Notes under the pieces: generated by a model
Seen by the model: only the letters and a program-made list of their open reading frames with translations
What the model was told of the DNA's origin: nothing
The model's database searches: none
Program-made: the position numbers and the translations under genes
Shown: piece after piece, positions 32,527 through 42,429 of the stretch
Layout: each line of letters opens with the position of its first letter
Numbering within the stretch: the first letter of the stretch is position 1
NCBI GenBank assembly: GCA_027923505.1
Contig: BROI01000005.1
Coordinates: forward strand, 620,001 to 684,000
DNA: 64,000 nt
Source of the DNA: Mayamaea pseudoterrestris
Taxonomy: Eukaryota
Direction of reading: 5' to 3'

Positions 32527-33564
32527 TCAATCCTCTTGACTGCGTGGTTCCTTCTCACCAATTCCTATTTCGCTATCATCCACCAACTCCAGCAATTCCT
32601 CGTCCGCAACGTCTTCCTTTCCCTTTTGTTCCTCCAGCTTGTAGTCGGCACGCATGGGCGACTGCTGGTAAATGGCACCACCCACCAAACATATGAGCAA
32701 ACTTAACACTCCCCCAACTGGTGCATGCTGATCCCAAATGACCATGTTGAGTAGAATGGTGAAGCACTTGTTCAAAACACCAATCAACGTAAAGGATGTG
32801 GCGCTGACCTTGTCGCGGCACCACCAACCCGAGTAACCAATGCCTGTTCCGGCAATGCATCCAAGCAGCAAACAAAAAATACCAATGGGACTAATGACTA
32901 CTCCAGCAGCCCGATCCGTGGACCACTTGTTGAACTCGCCGGCCATGGCGGCAAACATGAGCATGGGTGGAAGACCCAGCAGATTCACGTAAAGTACTGG
33001 TCCACTCAGCGTTTTCAAATCAACGGATCGAATAATGCGCTTGCCGTACGCCATTTCCAGTGCAATAATAACCAAATAAAACATTGGCCAGTAGTAGGCA
33101 CTCATGCCTTGCGTTTGAAACTGAATGTCAAAGCTTGCGTAGCAGTAGGCACCGAGCGCAATCAAGCCCAATCCAATCCAACTGCGCGTGTTGGGATACT
33201 CGCGCCCCAAGAATAGTACATCCAAAAAGGCTACCACGCATGGACTCAGGGCGCGAAAGACAATAATGGTTTCCACATTGGACATACTCAGTGACTTCAT
33301 ATTGGCGTAAACGCCAAGTGAAAACAAGACTATATAGTACAAGTATGGTTTCACGTAGACCCACTTGAGTTCATCCACTTTGAGGGTTTTGCTGTACTTG
33401 GCCGTGTAAATGAACGCTAGGGCTGCGACCAGTTGAATGCACACCACGAGCGAGGGATACTTCATGTAATGGAGCGTCACCTTGTTCAGCAAGACTAGCG
33501 TTGCACTACAGAGCGAGTAGGAAAGAATGGAGAGAATGACCTCCGTCTGAGGTGTCATGGTCAT
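32527..33564 (-). CDS. Nucleotide-sugar transporter (GDP-mannose/GDP-fucose, SLC35/GONST-like)
   Basis: About 10 TM helices; YSLCSATLVLLNK, SNVETIIVFR, SATSFTLIGVLNK (GxLNK motif typical of GDP-sugar transporters). Confidence 0.88.
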   Translation of the reverse strand: MTMTPQTEVILSILSYSLCSATLVLLNKVTLHYMKYPSLVVCIQLVAALAFIYTAKYSKTLKVDELKWVYVKPYLYYIVLFSLGVYANMKSLSMSNVETIIVFRALSPCVVAFLDVLFLGREYPNTRSWIGLGLIALGAYCYASFDIQFQTQGMSAYYWPMFYLVIIALEMAYGKRIIRSVDLKTLSGPVLYVNLLGLPPMLMFAAMAGEFNKWSTDRAAGVVISPIGIFCLLLGCIAGTGIGYSGWWCRDKVSATSFTLIGVLNKCFTILLNMVIWDQHAPVGGVLSLLICLVGGAIYQQSPMRADYKLEEQKGKEDVADEELLELVDDSEIGIGEKEPRSQED

Positions 33565-34154
33565 GATGTATTGTTGCAAGTGGAAGAGGTAGGTAATGGA
33601 TTGTTGGTGTTCCGATTGGCGATAATGGAAGGAAATTAGTAAGTCTTTGTCGTGTTAGGTATATGTTCGATCCAATGCAGATTTAAGAACCTCGAATGCT
33701 CCCGCCGGCAACTGTTTTTATAATGGAGGGTCTCCTTGTCAAAGCAAGAGCAGCAGAATGGTCAAAGAAGGAAGTTGTTGGCTCTTGTTGTGCCGTCGTC
33801 GCTCGTCCGTCGCCGAATCCTGCTTTCAAACGGTCACGAGTTTTCATGAAAAGAGTCATTTTGCCACGTACGTCAGTCGTGCATTCCAGAAAATGTCTTC
33901 GAAAGAGAGTCTTACCGGTACTCCAACGTGACGATTTCAATTTTTTCGTTCTCCACACCGTCAATTGATCTGATCGGCAACTTCTTTATCTTCATAGCCG
34001 GTGATATACTCACTTACAGCTCACACGATCGCTTAATAACGCGATTGATTATCAACTTGTGGACAGTTGGAAAAAGCATTGATTAGCTTCTCGGCACGCC
34101 TCATTTTTCTCATTCGTTCCGAGGAAAGCCAGGCGCCTTCTTCACGCAAACATC

Positions 34155-35582
34155 ATGGTGGAGCAGCATCATCGGCATGCTGCGACTGTCAATGTTTCTT
34201 TGAAGCGACGGCGATCAAAAACGGTGAAAATCCTTTTCACGAGTGGAGTCTTTCTATTGGTGGTATATGCGATTCGCATTACGCAACTGCTTTCCGACAG
34301 CAGTCTGCTGCACCTCAACTTGGTTCCATTACTCGATGAACATCTTACAACTACCAGCCATTTGATCTCCAAAAACCCTCGATATCTTGAGAGCGACAAT
34401 ATAACCATTGGAGTACTTTCTCAAAAGCCTCTACAGTTCTTTCGTCAAATCCAAGACGAGATTGACAAGGACGACCCGTCCACCCGATGTTTTCGCTACG
34501 GCTTTACGTACGATCCAGCCATGACTCCTCGACGCATTTTCTACGGCACACTCATGGCATCCGAGCCATGGGAACTCTTTGAAATTGTGGCGGCGGAAGC
34601 GCATGGAGTATTCTCTGGCATGGTGCTGGTGGAAGCCAACCGAACGCAAAACTTCACGCCTCGCACGTTACTTCGAATGCAGCACAAGGAAACCTTTCAA
34701 AAACTATTTGGCCTTGACAATGTACTCATTGTACCCTTTGTCAATGAACTCAAAAGATTACGAACCATACAGCGAGAGCATGCGCAACGAGATGAAATAA
34801 TACGCGGTTGGAAGACACTTGGAATGCAACGTGACGACGTGGGTTACTTGGCGGATGCCGATGAAACGTTTTCGCGCGACTTTTTGCGAGCGGTGCAGAC
34901 CTGTCAAATCGAGCTGCTGGAATACGAAAAGCACAAATGTCAAATTGGAGCTTCCGTTGTTTCTGCTGCACCGCAAATATACGAAATGTCTCCGGAATGC
35001 GTCACTGTCGGCGCGCGACATTGGAGGCATCCGGATGTGCTGAGTGGTCACTGCATTGAAGGCATTGGAGATGCAAGTAAGAATCCAATCGCTTTCCGAC
35101 GGGAAGATATTCCGTTTCTGCGAGGAAACACTTCTCAAGTGAACGTTGTTAACGGAGAAAAGTATTATCCTCTTTATACTGCCGCCGATCTGCGCATCAT
35201 TAGTGGACGCACAGTGGAAACAACAAGGGAAGCCCGACTCATTGATAATGACTTGGATAAGTTCAACGCGTATCATTTTCACAACTTTTTTGCAAACGAG
35301 CAGGAACTTCGTCACAAATATTTTACCTATGGTCATCCTGACAGCGAGGCCATGAACAAGACGATGGAAGATCTGCACGAAGACTTGGCCTTTGTCGTTG
35401 GTTGTGTCAAAAACATGACAACGAAACATCCCAAGTCTAAATATGCGCGAGTTGTTGGTGGGTATGACTTTTTGCAACCTCACTTTCGACCCATTTACTT
35501 TGCGGACCCGCTCTATCGAAGGCATCGCCATGAGAAGGTCACGCGTCTTGTATTGGATGATAAGCAAGCCGCGCTTGGCTGA
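34155..35582 (+). CDS. Type II membrane glycosyltransferase, GT17/GnT-III-like
   Basis: N-terminal TM anchor; E..LFEIVAAE, VLVEANRT, EHAQRDEI, DDVGYLADADE (DxD-type), late YHFHNFF and KYFTYGH. Confidence 0.65.
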   Translation: MVEQHHRHAATVNVSLKRRRSKTVKILFTSGVFLLVVYAIRITQLLSDSSLLHLNLVPLLDEHLTTTSHLISKNPRYLESDNITIGVLSQKPLQFFRQIQDEIDKDDPSTRCFRYGFTYDPAMTPRRIFYGTLMASEPWELFEIVAAEAHGVFSGMVLVEANRTQNFTPRTLLRMQHKETFQKLFGLDNVLIVPFVNELKRLRTIQREHAQRDEIIRGWKTLGMQRDDVGYLADADETFSRDFLRAVQTCQIELLEYEKHKCQIGASVVSAAPQIYEMSPECVTVGARHWRHPDVLSGHCIEGIGDASKNPIAFRREDIPFLRGNTSQVNVVNGEKYYPLYTAADLRIISGRTVETTREARLIDNDLDKFNAYHFHNFFANEQELRHKYFTYGHPDSEAMNKTMEDLHEDLAFVVGCVKNMTTKHPKSKYARVVGGYDFLQPHFRPIYFADPLYRRHRHEKVTRLVLDDKQAALG

Positions 35583-35923
35583 AAATGAATGCTTGGTATT
35601 GCCGACCCCGACGATTGATGACGGCAAGGTATGATACTATCGCGAGCAATCAGTCACCGTCGCTACGGTGGCCCTTAGCGAAAGGGTTTTTGGGTCCCAT
35701 GTGCTAGAGGAACTTTTCGCATTCCAATCCGACGATTATCTATAACTTGCAACGCCGCACGTCCATTTGAAGGGTGTACCAGTGAGCTTATACTTGACCA
35801 AAAGACGTACTCCTACTCAAGTATATTAGTGGTGTAGAGTTTTAGCTTATATTTCCTTTTACGCACGGTATCTTTTTTTCTTAAGCGTGCTAGCGATAGA
35901 TGGTAAGGTGTTTGCTCAACGTG

Positions 35924-37480
35924 CTACTTTGGCTGCACTAGATTTTCGGCTCCGCTCACAACCTTGGCGGAAACAATCAGGTCTCCCTCCTTTACATCTT
36001 GTAAAAAGTCTGCGCCTTCCACAACGTATCCAAAGCTGCATTGATCGACAGGAAATTAACAGGGTGAGTAAAGTTCTTACGAATGGCGCACAAAAGGTGA
36101 CCATGTTCAGTCCCTTTCACTTACCAAGGATAACGTCCATCAAGAACATTCTTTCCGGCAGGCGTCAGATCCGAGTCAAACAGCAGCCAAAAGAACTGAG
36201 AACTACCCGTGTTGGGGTCATACTCTTCGCGGGCCCAGCCCATGGCGCCGTAACTAGCAAACGGCAGCACGGTTGCTTGACCTCCGCGACCTTCATCTTC
36301 AATCGTTGTTTCATAGAATGGGCCTGCATCGCCGCGAACGAATATTTCAAGAGGAATCAAGCGCTCTCCATGCTTTCCTTGTCCGACAGTTTTGCTACCC
36401 GGCCCAACGTAGCCATCCGCTTCACCATCTGGGTCTCCCGTTTGCACGACAAATCCATCGGAACGCTGAATCTGCATATTGTTGTAAAAGCCCTTGAGCA
36501 CCAAATCGACAAAATTACCGGACGTTACTGGCGCCGCGTAACCATCCACTACCATGACTAGTTTGGCTTGCGGATAGTTTTGACCCTCCACGTTGAATGG
36601 AGACTTGCCGTCGGCCTTTTTCAAAACCATTTCAACAGTGGCGCGTCCCTGCAGCTGCGCCAAGTCGGAATATGCGGCTGGAACAATCGTCTTGTATCCA
36701 GCCGGCACCATTTGCTCCTCCAGTATGGTGAGCTGCTCAATCACGCGGCGCTGGTAGTCGTACGCACTGTCGAGCGCCGCTCGTTCCTGGTCGCTGCCGG
36801 TAAAGCTCTCCTGCGAATCCTTGAGAGCATTGGAAAGTGGATCAAGGTCGGCCTGCATTTGGACAATGGCGTCGGTGCAAACTTTGGTGTTGCGGCATGA
36901 AATAGTGTACTTGTCTGGCTTTGCCAGCAGCGTTTTGGATTTCTTGACACCGTCCAAGGCTGCTGCTTTTCGTTTTGTTCCAATATCAGTCTTGATGTCT
37001 TCCAATGTCCCTTGAAGCTGTCGAACCTATACAGAAAATAATGTTTATGTATCCAAAGATTCAGGTAGCAGTGAGTACAAAGTCTGGAAACGATAGTATA
37101 AAATCGCAAACTCTCTCTACATGTGTATTTCACGCAGCACTTACATCCTTATTCTTGATGGGAAGGCCATATCGAAGCAGCGACTCGGCATCCTTGTTCA
37201 CGCGAGACCCCGATCCACTCGCCATTTCCTTGGCTACTGCGGACGGAGGATGCATGGCGTAGGCTCCGTAGTCAAACGCAGGTACTGCTGCCGTCCATAT
37301 TGAGGCCGTGAGAAAGGCGGATGCAAGTGCTCGTCCGACCGTGGCAAAAGCTGCTTCTGCTTGCAAAGTTACTCTAGCTGTATTTGGTGGCGTTTGATGG
37401 CTGTGACTCGGAACCCATGCGAGAGTTGGCTTGACGATGGCTGCGAGTGTGACAACGAGCAACCAAGTGATTTGCACCAT
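35924..37480 (-). CDS. CYP38: Thylakoid-lumen cyclophilin CYP38/TLP40-like; exons 37480-37145, 37026-36125, 36035-35924
   Basis: Bipartite presequence (TLA|WVP) plus lumenal signal; KDAESLLRYGLPI, LQGRATVEM, VDGYAAPVTSGNFVDLV, SDGFVVQTGDP, SSQFF, NVLDGRYP|CFGYVVEGADFL. Two GT-AG introns. Confidence 0.92.
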
Positions 37481-37544
37481 GAGTACGATATTCTATCGGC
37501 GAATGAAAGTATCGAGACGACTTGAAAACTAGTAAGCCGGTAGC

Positions 37545-37612
37545 TGAACTTTTGTCTGCTTTCAATTACGTGTTAAAGGCGCAGTAGTGAACTTTTGTCT
37601 GCTTTCAATTAC
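37545..37612. repeat. Perfect 25-bp direct repeat (TGAACTTTTGTCTGCTTTCAATTAC x2, 18-bp spacer)
   Basis: Copies at 37545-37569 and 37588-37612, about 65 bp upstream of the CYP38 ATG. Confidence 0.9.
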
Positions 37613-37823
37613 AGTCGGTTGCACAGTTTCACAAATAATAATGAACCGATCTTTCATGGATCATGGTGGATGAGGCGATGAAGAGAGTGATGTGTCGGTG
37701 CGATTGGATCGCGATGACGTGTTTTCAGTCACGAGGCATGTCGAGTCGCGCCTTGCGCTACTTGTAGTAGAGAGAGTACTGTACTCTGTATTTTACTATG
37801 CTTCGCCAAGCAATGATATCGAA

Positions 37824-39227
37824 TTACTCCCACTTTTGAAATAGCAAACTCGCATTCGTTCCTCCAAACCCAAAGCTGTTACTCATGGCCATGTTTATGT
37901 CTTGCTGCTGAGGAGTATACACATGCCGCAAGCGTCGAATATAGTCGGCAGAATCAGGACCACTGTCACTGCAGGCAAGCATAATTTCTTCCGAAAGGTT
38001 CAGTGTCACCGGAATAGTTTGGTCTACCAATGCTTGGACGGTGAATGCTGCTTCCAATGCACCTGCCGCACCAAGCAAGTGACCAGTCGCTCCCTTGGTG
38101 CTACTAACCCAGGGGCCCTGAGTAACTGTAGCATCATTGCTGCAACCAAACACGTCGCAAATTACCTTGGCTTCAATCTCATCTCCCACAGGCGTTGACG
38201 TTGCGTGCGCATTCACATAGTCGACACTTGCCTCGTCAAACACACCAGCATGATTTAGCGCCATGCGCATGGCCCGCGCCGCCCCTCTGCCTTGCGGATC
38301 CGGCGATGTAATGTGAAATCCGTCACCGGCGACGCCATAGCCCGTCAGCTCGGCCAGTATCGGCGCGTTGCGCCGCAGCGCATGCTCCAGTTCCTCCAGC
38401 ACCAAGACGGCCGCGCCTTCCGCCATGACGAAACCGTCGCGATGCTCATGAAATGGTCGCGATGCCAGCGACGGATCGTCATTGTAGCTTGTCGACAGTG
38501 CCCGCAGTCTTCCAAAACCTGCCAAGCTCAGTGGATCCATGGCTGCTTCCGTGCCACCGCACATCATAACGTCCGCCATGTTGGATGCAACGTACATGGC
38601 GGCGTCACCAATGGCGTGCGTGCCGGCGGCGCACGCCGTGGATGCACTCACGTTGGGGCCTCCCAGTTGGTATTGTATTGCCACGCGGGCGCTCGCCGAA
38701 TTTTGCAGGACGCTGGGAACAAAGTGTGGACTCAGCCGCTTGAGTGAAGTTAAGCGAGAGGCGTCGACGACTTGACGCACCGACGACATGCCTGATCCAA
38801 TGGAAACGCCAGTGCGGAAATGGAGTGGATTATTGTTGCTGCATGAGTCATCTTGTTGTAGCAGATGCAACAGTTGACTCTGTTGGAGTGCCTGCTGACT
38901 CGCCATCAAGGCAAACTGCACGAATCGAGGCGTCTTGTGATCCTTGGCAACGCTTCTCACTGGCGCAGCGACTTGACACGATAAATGCTGCACAATCTCC
39001 AAGTCTCTTTCTATTGCCTCTATATCATATTCATCCTCTTGGTCATATTTCTCAGTAGTTGCAAGACATTTCAAATGCTGCATTCGCAAGGCTTGCGTCA
39101 AGCTAGTGACGCCCGATTGGTTGGCGAGCAACGCCTTCCATGTATCGGCAAAGGTGTTTCCCAGTGGAGTTATGGCTCCCAAGCCAGTGACGACGACTCG
39201 TCGACGAATGTTGCTGCTGAGAGACAT
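37824..39227 (-). CDS. fabF: 3-oxoacyl-ACP synthase II (FabF/OXSM, probably mitochondrial KAS)
   Basis: RRVVVTGLGAITPLG, STACAAG (catalytic Cys), SRPF...RDGFVMAEGA, YVNAHATSTPVGD, STKGATGHLLGAAG, SNSFGFGGTN. The start may be 39275. Confidence 0.93.
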   Translation of the reverse strand: MSLSSNIRRRVVVTGLGAITPLGNTFADTWKALLANQSGVTSLTQALRMQHLKCLATTEKYDQEDEYDIEAIERDLEIVQHLSCQVAAPVRSVAKDHKTPRFVQFALMASQQALQQSQLLHLLQQDDSCSNNNPLHFRTGVSIGSGMSSVRQVVDASRLTSLKRLSPHFVPSVLQNSASARVAIQYQLGGPNVSASTACAAGTHAIGDAAMYVASNMADVMMCGGTEAAMDPLSLAGFGRLRALSTSYNDDPSLASRPFHEHRDGFVMAEGAAVLVLEELEHALRRNAPILAELTGYGVAGDGFHITSPDPQGRGAARAMRMALNHAGVFDEASVDYVNAHATSTPVGDEIEAKVICDVFGCSNDATVTQGPWVSSTKGATGHLLGAAGALEAAFTVQALVDQTIPVTLNLSEEIMLACSDSGPDSADYIRRLRHVYTPQQQDINMAMSNSFGFGGTNASLLFQKWE

Positions 39228-39817
39228 CGCGAACGTTGATGTTGTGAAAGAGCTGCGATCGAGGGATTTTCCCATGGTGACGAGCAAGAAAAATGTGTGA
39301 CTAGTGTCGCACTGGTGTAATTTAAATTTGTCGGAACGGTACTGTCATGCGTCACGCGCACAAAAACGCACGACTGGATGCCGACGCTGCGGCACAATCA
39401 GACTGTATCGAAATGTTTGTTTCATGACTACAATTCATAATATTATGCCTGGCGCGCAAGCATCCAGTAGTTCATGACAAATATTGGTTTGGAAGGAAAC
39501 GAGGCAATGAACAACAAAGCAGCAGCATCCCTGATTGTCGCAAGCATTGACGCTCCAGCTTGACTGCGGGGTCCAAAAGGAAGCTTTAGTTGGTAGTTCT
39601 CTTGAGCAAAACAGCTCATCGTCTCGTCAACCATGGCAGTTGGCGTCAATCGGAGAGGCGATCGCATGATGCTGTTGTTGGTATAAATAACCGAGTTCTA
39701 AACTCGTTCAGTCGTCGGGCGACACGTAGTCGGCGATAATTGTCATTTACCAAACGGAGACACACACAGTACAAACTCGGAATTTTCTGTCATTTCAATG
39801 CATGACCCAAATGCTGC

Positions 39818-41428
39818 TCACTTTTTAAACGTCCAGTTTTCGCGAAACACGAGCGCTTTCGATCGATACTTTGGGTTGATCCGGTCGCCGTAAACATAGT
39901 ATTCCTTCTCGCTGTCACGCAAAAACATTTGAATCTTGGAAATATGATTCTCAACGTCACTCTTTCCATTCAACACATCGGGTAAATGCACCATGAGCTT
40001 GTGAACGACGGTAGATTGATTGGCGCGGGAGGCACTCTCGTCATTGTCAGCCTTGCCCTTTGACGAAAACGAAACGATGTCATTGCTGCCAGTCGGTCGA
40101 AGCACCCACGCGGCCCGACTACCAAAGCACGTCATGCGGTCGGCATTGTCTGCCACTTCACAAAATGACAAAACTCCGCCTTCGTCTTGAATTGCTTTCT
40201 CTTGTTCGTTTCGCTCAAACTGCAACGCCAGTGGCACAATCTGCGTAAAGGTGGACCGCCGCGCCGCAATCAAAACGTGAGCTCCAACGCTCAAAAACAG
40301 TGTATCCATCAAGCTCGACCTCCATCCCGCCAGACACTGCACACCATGCGTCCAAGCGGCGTAGCTCACGCCACGATTCGTGGCGACGCGTGGCTGCGGA
40401 AGTGACACAACAATGAGGTTTTGTCGCCGGGCGGCTTGCGTGAAGAGTGGAATGAGCGAAGCAGTGTCCGTGGCCAAAAAGATGACTGGTTGGTGTCGCT
40501 GTTCGCCATGAAAATAAAACTCGTCACTTTGAATGGCATTGGTAATGAGAGCGATCAAACGATCACAAAAGTCTTTGGTCGACATGCTTTCGTCTCCACG
40601 CTGGGCTTGTTGAAAGTGGTAGCCTTCGCCATTGCCCGCGCGCAAATGCAAACCAATGACAAAATGCTTCTTCCTGTCGAGTATCATGCGACTAGATGTA
40701 TTATCTTCATTGTGAATGACGAATTGCTGTTGCAAATAGTTGTTTGCGTGACGCTGCATGAATTTCTGCATCAAGTAGCGAAAGAGTGCAACGTCCGTCT
40801 CAAGCTTGTCCATCCACGCAACTGGAAGCTCATTGGGGTGAGGCAGCGGCAAACGAGCATTCTTGTAGGACTGTCCCGCGTAGTATCCTAACACGTCGTT
40901 TCGAATCAAGACAATCTTGTTGGTGGTGCTGATATTGTTGTTAGCAGGAGACTGATTTTCGTTGGTTGATGCACCAGCAGCAGTCACAGTCGCATTCGTC
41001 GGCATGTCGAGAAAGTCACGCAAATCCAACACACGAATCCCAAACAAGTCGTGAAAAATGTCCCACTCCAGCGTCTTGTTGTTGCCGCAATATCCAAAGG
41101 AAACCTCCACGTGCGAAACATCGGCACGCTTGGCGAGATGCACCGCCGCGGAAAGCTTGCTCATGCGATGGCCGAACCCAAACTGACCAATGTATAGAAT
41201 GCGATGATGAATGTTACTACTATTTGCTGCATGTTTCTTCGTACTACTGTCCAACTTGTAGCTCATTCGCTGTTGTCTCTCGTCAAACGTATCATCTACA
41301 GCTTGACGCCACTCCAAACGAGCGACGCGACGCCACAGACGAAGCGTCGAAGCGGCGAGGAGAATGGCAACGACTCGCAGCAGCCAAATGAATTGTCGAC
41401 GAATGCAACATTGGTGAATTGTTTTCAT
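39818..41428 (-). CDS. Type II membrane GT-B fucosyltransferase-like protein (GT23/NodZ/O-FucT superfamily)
   Basis: N-terminal TM; GFGHRM, VIGLHLRAGN (motif I, HxR), VIFLATDT (motif II), D...LS...STF (motif III). Confidence 0.65.
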   Translation of the reverse strand: MKTIHQCCIRRQFIWLLRVVAILLAASTLRLWRRVARLEWRQAVDDTFDERQQRMSYKLDSSTKKHAANSSNIHHRILYIGQFGFGHRMSKLSAAVHLAKRADVSHVEVSFGYCGNNKTLEWDIFHDLFGIRVLDLRDFLDMPTNATVTAAGASTNENQSPANNNISTTNKIVLIRNDVLGYYAGQSYKNARLPLPHPNELPVAWMDKLETDVALFRYLMQKFMQRHANNYLQQQFVIHNEDNTSSRMILDRKKHFVIGLHLRAGNGEGYHFQQAQRGDESMSTKDFCDRLIALITNAIQSDEFYFHGEQRHQPVIFLATDTASLIPLFTQAARRQNLIVVSLPQPRVATNRGVSYAAWTHGVQCLAGWRSSLMDTLFLSVGAHVLIAARRSTFTQIVPLALQFERNEQEKAIQDEGGVLSFCEVADNADRMTCFGSRAAWVLRPTGSNDIVSFSSKGKADNDESASRANQSTVVHKLMVHLPDVLNGKSDVENHISKIQMFLRDSEKEYYVYGDRINPKYRSKALVFRENWTFKK

Positions 41429-42429
41429 CACTTGATCACATGTTGCATTATCTGATCAATTCTTCCATCGCTCGGACTACTTACTTGTATAAGTTGTGAT
41501 GTGTTTATGGCGCGGGGCGCGACGCGATCGCGATTGCTAGTAGGTCATGACGCAACGGTACTCGCTAGCTAGGCAGACGCGGTGGTAACATGAACTTACG
41601 ACGTACACGAGAATAGAATCGGTATATCGATACTCGATATCAACTGTATTGTGGCCGTCGATCCGACTGGTGACCGTTCTGAAGGCTTGTCGGAGCATCT
41701 TGCTACCGTACCCACTATCCCAGCAGACGGTTCAGCTGTACCTAGCTAAACCATTACCGGTACGACAACTTCCGGACTGGAGAAGATGCTTCATCTTGAT
41801 GAAGACGATGATGCGCGTCGTTGCTATTGTTGCCTTCTGCGATATCGCTGTCAGCTGCCTATGCGCAGGCAATTCGAAGCTTATACGAAGGTTTCGGAGA
41901 AAGCTGACGAAAACCCATCGTTTAGACTCGTTTATTCGTGATTTTTGCCTTGATTTATATGCCTTGTCGCTTGTCGCTTCATATCGTTTCATGTAGACAA
42001 GAGCTTCATATCGGAAGGGTTGTATACCTTGGTGATTGAGGTGCCCATATCGGTAGGGCTTCATAACAGAATCGGCTGCCGGTCCAATGAGTCTCAAGAG
42101 AGACACCGAGGCCAATCGAGCTTCTCCTGAATGGTCCAGACAGACGGTACAGCCCATGGCATGCAATGCTTTGGTTCACTTGATCGCGTAAGCGTAATAA
42201 ACCGTTTCTGTCTCATCCGTGTCGCAGCAGTTTGAAAATTCCGTGCTCTCATCGTGACGCGTTGCAACCATGGCTAAAACGCAAAGTTGGACGCACAAAA
42301 GAGTACCACGGTTAGAATCGAAGAGCCCATCATTGCAAGAGAGACAGGCACGCCGCGCGAGCCGCCCCCACTAGAGTATTTAAATTGAGCAGCGTTAGCT
42401 AGTTACCGGTAACAAGCAGCAAGACGAGC

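Noticed and set aside
35655..35700. Adjacent small hairpins (CACCGT-cgct-ACGGTG; CCCTT-agcga-AAGGG) as an ncRNA
   Set aside because: The stems are short, match no RNA family I recognise, and lie in convergent 3' UTR space.
35887..36561. Long antisense or alternative-frame ORFs (this one, also 9001-9843, 34758-35627, 54336-55199, 29480-30364)
   Set aside because: They are shadows of well-supported genes on the other strand or frame, and lack motifs.
37545..37612. Mini CRISPR array
   Set aside because: Only two repeats, an 18-bp spacer, eukaryotic context and no cas genes.
41649..42166. ORFs in the gap between the FucT-like gene and RdRP
   Set aside because: No recognisable motifs or coding-like composition; cannot be supported, though a short or decayed gene is not excluded.
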